Below, piece by piece: positions 61,572 to 64,000 of a DNA stretch of 64,000 nt. The stretch spans positions 11,511 through 75,510 of the forward strand of contig DATFAZ010000153.1 of NCBI GenBank assembly GCA_035254105.1. The letters run 5' to 3'. The translations under genes and the position numbers were made by a program. The stretch is from Noviherbaspirillum sp. (GTDB lineage Bacteria > Pseudomonadota > Gammaproteobacteria > Burkholderiales > Burkholderiaceae_D). Under the pieces are notes generated by a model. It was given only the letters and a program-made list of their open reading frames with translations. It searched no databases and was not told the DNA's origin. How positions within the stretch are numbered: position 1 is the first letter of the stretch; every line of letters begins with the position of its first letter.

Positions 61572-62828
61572 ATGGAACACTTGCTGCTACTCGTTCATCG
61601 CCTGCCCTACCCGCCGAATAAGGGTGACAAGATTCGCTCGTATCATTTACTGGCCCATCTGGCACAACGCTTTCATGTACATCTCGGGACCTTCGTCGAC
61701 GACCCGGATGACTGGCAGCATGTCGAGACGGTGAAACGCCTGTGCGGCGAATCACACTTTGCTGCCCTGAACCCCTTCACCGCAAAATTACGCGGCGTGA
61801 AAGCACTGACGATGAATCGCCCGCTTACCGTGGATTATTACTGCGATAGCGGCTTGCAGGAATGGGTGCGAAAAGTCATGGCCGAGCAGCCTATATCGCG
61901 TGTCCTGGTATTTTCTTCTGCCATGGCGCAGTACGCCGCCGAGATACCGAATGCAAGACGCATTATTGATTTCGTCGATATAGACTCGGATAAATGGCTG
62001 CAGTATGCAGAGAATATTTTCTGGCCTATGCGCTGGATATATCGGCGTGAAGGTGAGCTTCTGCTCCGCTATGAACGCAAGATTTCAAAAGAATTTGACG
62101 CTTCACTTTTCGTGTCGGAAGCCGAGGCAGCACTGTTCAGACAACGAGCTCCAGAGAGCGCCCTCAAGACCGGATTTTTCAGCAATGGTGTAGACACTGA
62201 CTATTTCTCGCCTTCTCACACGTATACCAATCCCTATCAAGCTGACGAAGCGGTCATCGTATTCACTGGCGCGATGGACTACTGGCCGAATATCGATGCG
62301 GCGCGCTGGTTTGCGCTCGACATTCTTCCTGCAGTAAGAGTCGCGTATCCAGCGGCAGTCTTCTATATCGTTGGGTCCAGACCGACTGAGCAGGTTCAGC
62401 AACTTGCACGGATTCCCGGTGTGAGGGTAACGGGTACCGTTCCCGATGTACGGCCCTATATTGCCCATGCCCGTGTTTCTGTAGCCCCATTGCGTATCGC
62501 CCGAGGCATTCAAAATAAGGTGCTGGAAGCGATGGCGATGGAAAAACAGGTAGTCGTTTCGCCGCCTGCGCTGGAAGGAATAACCGCAGTGCCGGGTAAT
62601 GATCTCATTCTCGCTGATGGCGCGGTGGAGTTTGCCTCGTCAGTTTCCAAACTTCTGGCTGAGCCGAATGCCAGCCTTGGGCGAAACGCACGCGACAAGG
62701 TCATCCGTCTATACGGCTGGGCAAGCAATCTTGCTCACGTCGATGCCTTGCTTTCACCTGAAGATGAAACAGTGGTGCTTACCAGCGAGCCGCATTCCAG
62801 GCCAATTTGTGAAAGTGTACACACGTGA
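61572..62828 (+). CDS. GT4-type glycosyltransferase, PEP-CTERM/XrtA associated
   Basis: HRLPYPPNKGDKIRSY, DFVDIDSDKW, FTGAMDYWPN, ARGIQNKVLEAMA. Confidence 0.9.
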   Translation: MEHLLLLVHRLPYPPNKGDKIRSYHLLAHLAQRFHVHLGTFVDDPDDWQHVETVKRLCGESHFAALNPFTAKLRGVKALTMNRPLTVDYYCDSGLQEWVRKVMAEQPISRVLVFSSAMAQYAAEIPNARRIIDFVDIDSDKWLQYAENIFWPMRWIYRREGELLLRYERKISKEFDASLFVSEAEAALFRQRAPESALKTGFFSNGVDTDYFSPSHTYTNPYQADEAVIVFTGAMDYWPNIDAARWFALDILPAVRVAYPAAVFYIVGSRPTEQVQQLARIPGVRVTGTVPDVRPYIAHARVSVAPLRIARGIQNKVLEAMAMEKQVVVSPPALEGITAVPGNDLILADGAVEFASSVSKLLAEPNASLGRNARDKVIRLYGWASNLAHVDALLSPEDETVVLTSEPHSRPICESVHT

Positions 62829-64000
62829 TTTCCGAAAAAAACAATCGGCAGATCTTCGTGACCGGCATTGCACTATCGAGCGCAATGCTGGCCCTCTTCA
62901 TTTTTCACTTTGCGACCGTACGGTCCATCGTTTCAATCTGGAATAGTTCAGAAACTTTTGCGCATGGCTACATCATCCTTCCGATCAGTATGTGGCTGAT
63001 ATGGAAGCGACGAGATATTCTCAAGGAGATCCCGTCTATTCCGTACTGGCCGACCTTGATTTTTCTGGCAGCTTGCGGCTTCGCGTGGTTGCTTGCTGAG
63101 CTTGGCGGCGTACAGGTTGTCAAGCAGTACGCATTTGTGGCAATGATTCCATTTATTGTCCTTGCCATACTTGGCGTGCGGGTCTCGTGGGCGATCGCGT
63201 TTCCACTCCTTTTCCTGCTGCTTGCAGTTCCGTTCGGGGATATCTTTATCGAGCCTCTGATCGGTTTTACTGCGGATTTCACGGTGGCTGCTCTCCAGGC
63301 GACCGGAATCCCCGTACTCCGCAATGGAAACAACTTTGAGATCCCGTCCGGCACCTGGTCTGTCGTTGAGGCGTGTAGCGGGGTGCGCTATCTGATTGCA
63401 TCTTTCACGCTTGGCTGCCTGTTTGCCTATCTCAATTACCGGTCGCGCGCGCGCCAGTTGATGTTCATCGTGCTTTCGGTCGTTGTTCCCATCATTGCAA
63501 ACGGAATGCGCGCTTACATGATCGTCATAATCGGCCACCTTAGCGGCATGGAGCTGGCAACCGGCGTCGATCACCTGATTTATGGCTGGGTGTTTTTTGG
63601 CCTCGTCATGTTCCTGATGTTCTGGATCGGGAGTTTCTGGCGTGAAGATACACTAGAACACCCTGTGAAGCGCCCGGCAGATACACCGACAGTCATCGGG
63701 AGACACAGAAGTGTAAAGCCAGTAGTCGGTGCAACAGTCGCCACCATCCTATGTATCGGTATGTGGCCGGCGTACGCACTGTTCATTGATCGCGCATTGA
63801 CCAATACCTCCTCGGTTCAACTTTCTGGTTTTGGTAGTCAATGGCAGGAATCGACACCCTTCACTGAATGGGAACCGCAATTCTTCCCGGCCAATAGTGA
63901 GCTCTATCGATTTTTTCAGCATGAGAATCGGAAGGTCGGACTGAAGGTCATGCTTTATCAGAACCAAGGCTCCGGCGCTCAACTCATCAGCTCTTCAAAC
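62825..64000 (+). CDS. xrtA: Exosortase A with C-terminal EpsI-like domain, 3'-truncated by the window edge
   Basis: Hand translation from GTG 62825 (overlaps the GT stop), open to 64000: WNSSETFAHG, VPFG, VVEACSGVRY (Cys), ANGMR (Arg), GVDHLIYGW (His), YQNQGSGAQLISSSN. Confidence 0.92.
   Translation, partial: MISEKNNRQIFVTGIALSSAMLALFIFHFATVRSIVSIWNSSETFAHGYIILPISMWLIWKRRDILKEIPSIPYWPTLIFLAACGFAWLLAELGGVQVVKQYAFVAMIPFIVLAILGVRVSWAIAFPLLFLLLAVPFGDIFIEPLIGFTADFTVAALQATGIPVLRNGNNFEIPSGTWSVVEACSGVRYLIASFTLGCLFAYLNYRSRARQLMFIVLSVVVPIIANGMRAYMIVIIGHLSGMELATGVDHLIYGWVFFGLVMFLMFWIGSFWREDTLEHPVKRPADTPTVIGRHRSVKPVVGATVATILCIGMWPAYALFIDRALTNTSSVQLSGFGSQWQESTPFTEWEPQFFPANSELYRFFQHENRKVGLKVMLYQNQGSGAQLISSSN

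Overview
Chromosomal window of a betaproteobacterium; gene content and order point to Burkholderiales, probably Oxalobacteraceae (inference). Four zones. (1) 1-8 kb: dacA(partial)-dat-ybeD-gcvA-like LysR-DUF2917-cupin-ansA-livK-lipB-lipA. (2) 8-27 kb, mostly accessory: an orphan Crp/Fnr regulator between lipA and a decayed second copy of the lipA 3' end, an AidB-like acyl-CoA dehydrogenase/TetR pair, two chemoreceptors (one NIT-like), a NarX-sensor PAS-GGDEF-EAL protein, trxC, two Hsp20s, a Kef/YbaL antiporter, TlpA, DsrE, M48 protease and LemA. (3) 27-42 kb core envelope/translation genes: BON-gmhA-yraN-lpoA-like/rsmI, rlpA, rodA-mrdA-mreDCB, and gatCAB with an unknown secreted protein between gatA and gatB. 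(4) 42-64 kb: an exosortase A (XrtA)/PEP-CTERM protein-sorting plus exopolysaccharide locus running off the right edge; xrtA itself is missing from the ORF track. Best leads for new biology: an MBOAT + SGNH-like + 770-aa putative polysaccharide-lyase lipoprotein cassette inside the XrtA locus; FNR-type boxes before EPS and chemotaxis genes, together with nitrate-type sensors and a sigma54-type promoter on an atypical Crp/Fnr gene; and the lipA 3'-end duplication scar. No rRNA, tRNA, CRISPR array, integrase or transposase was seen. Family names and model IDs come from recognised motifs and memory, not from database searches.
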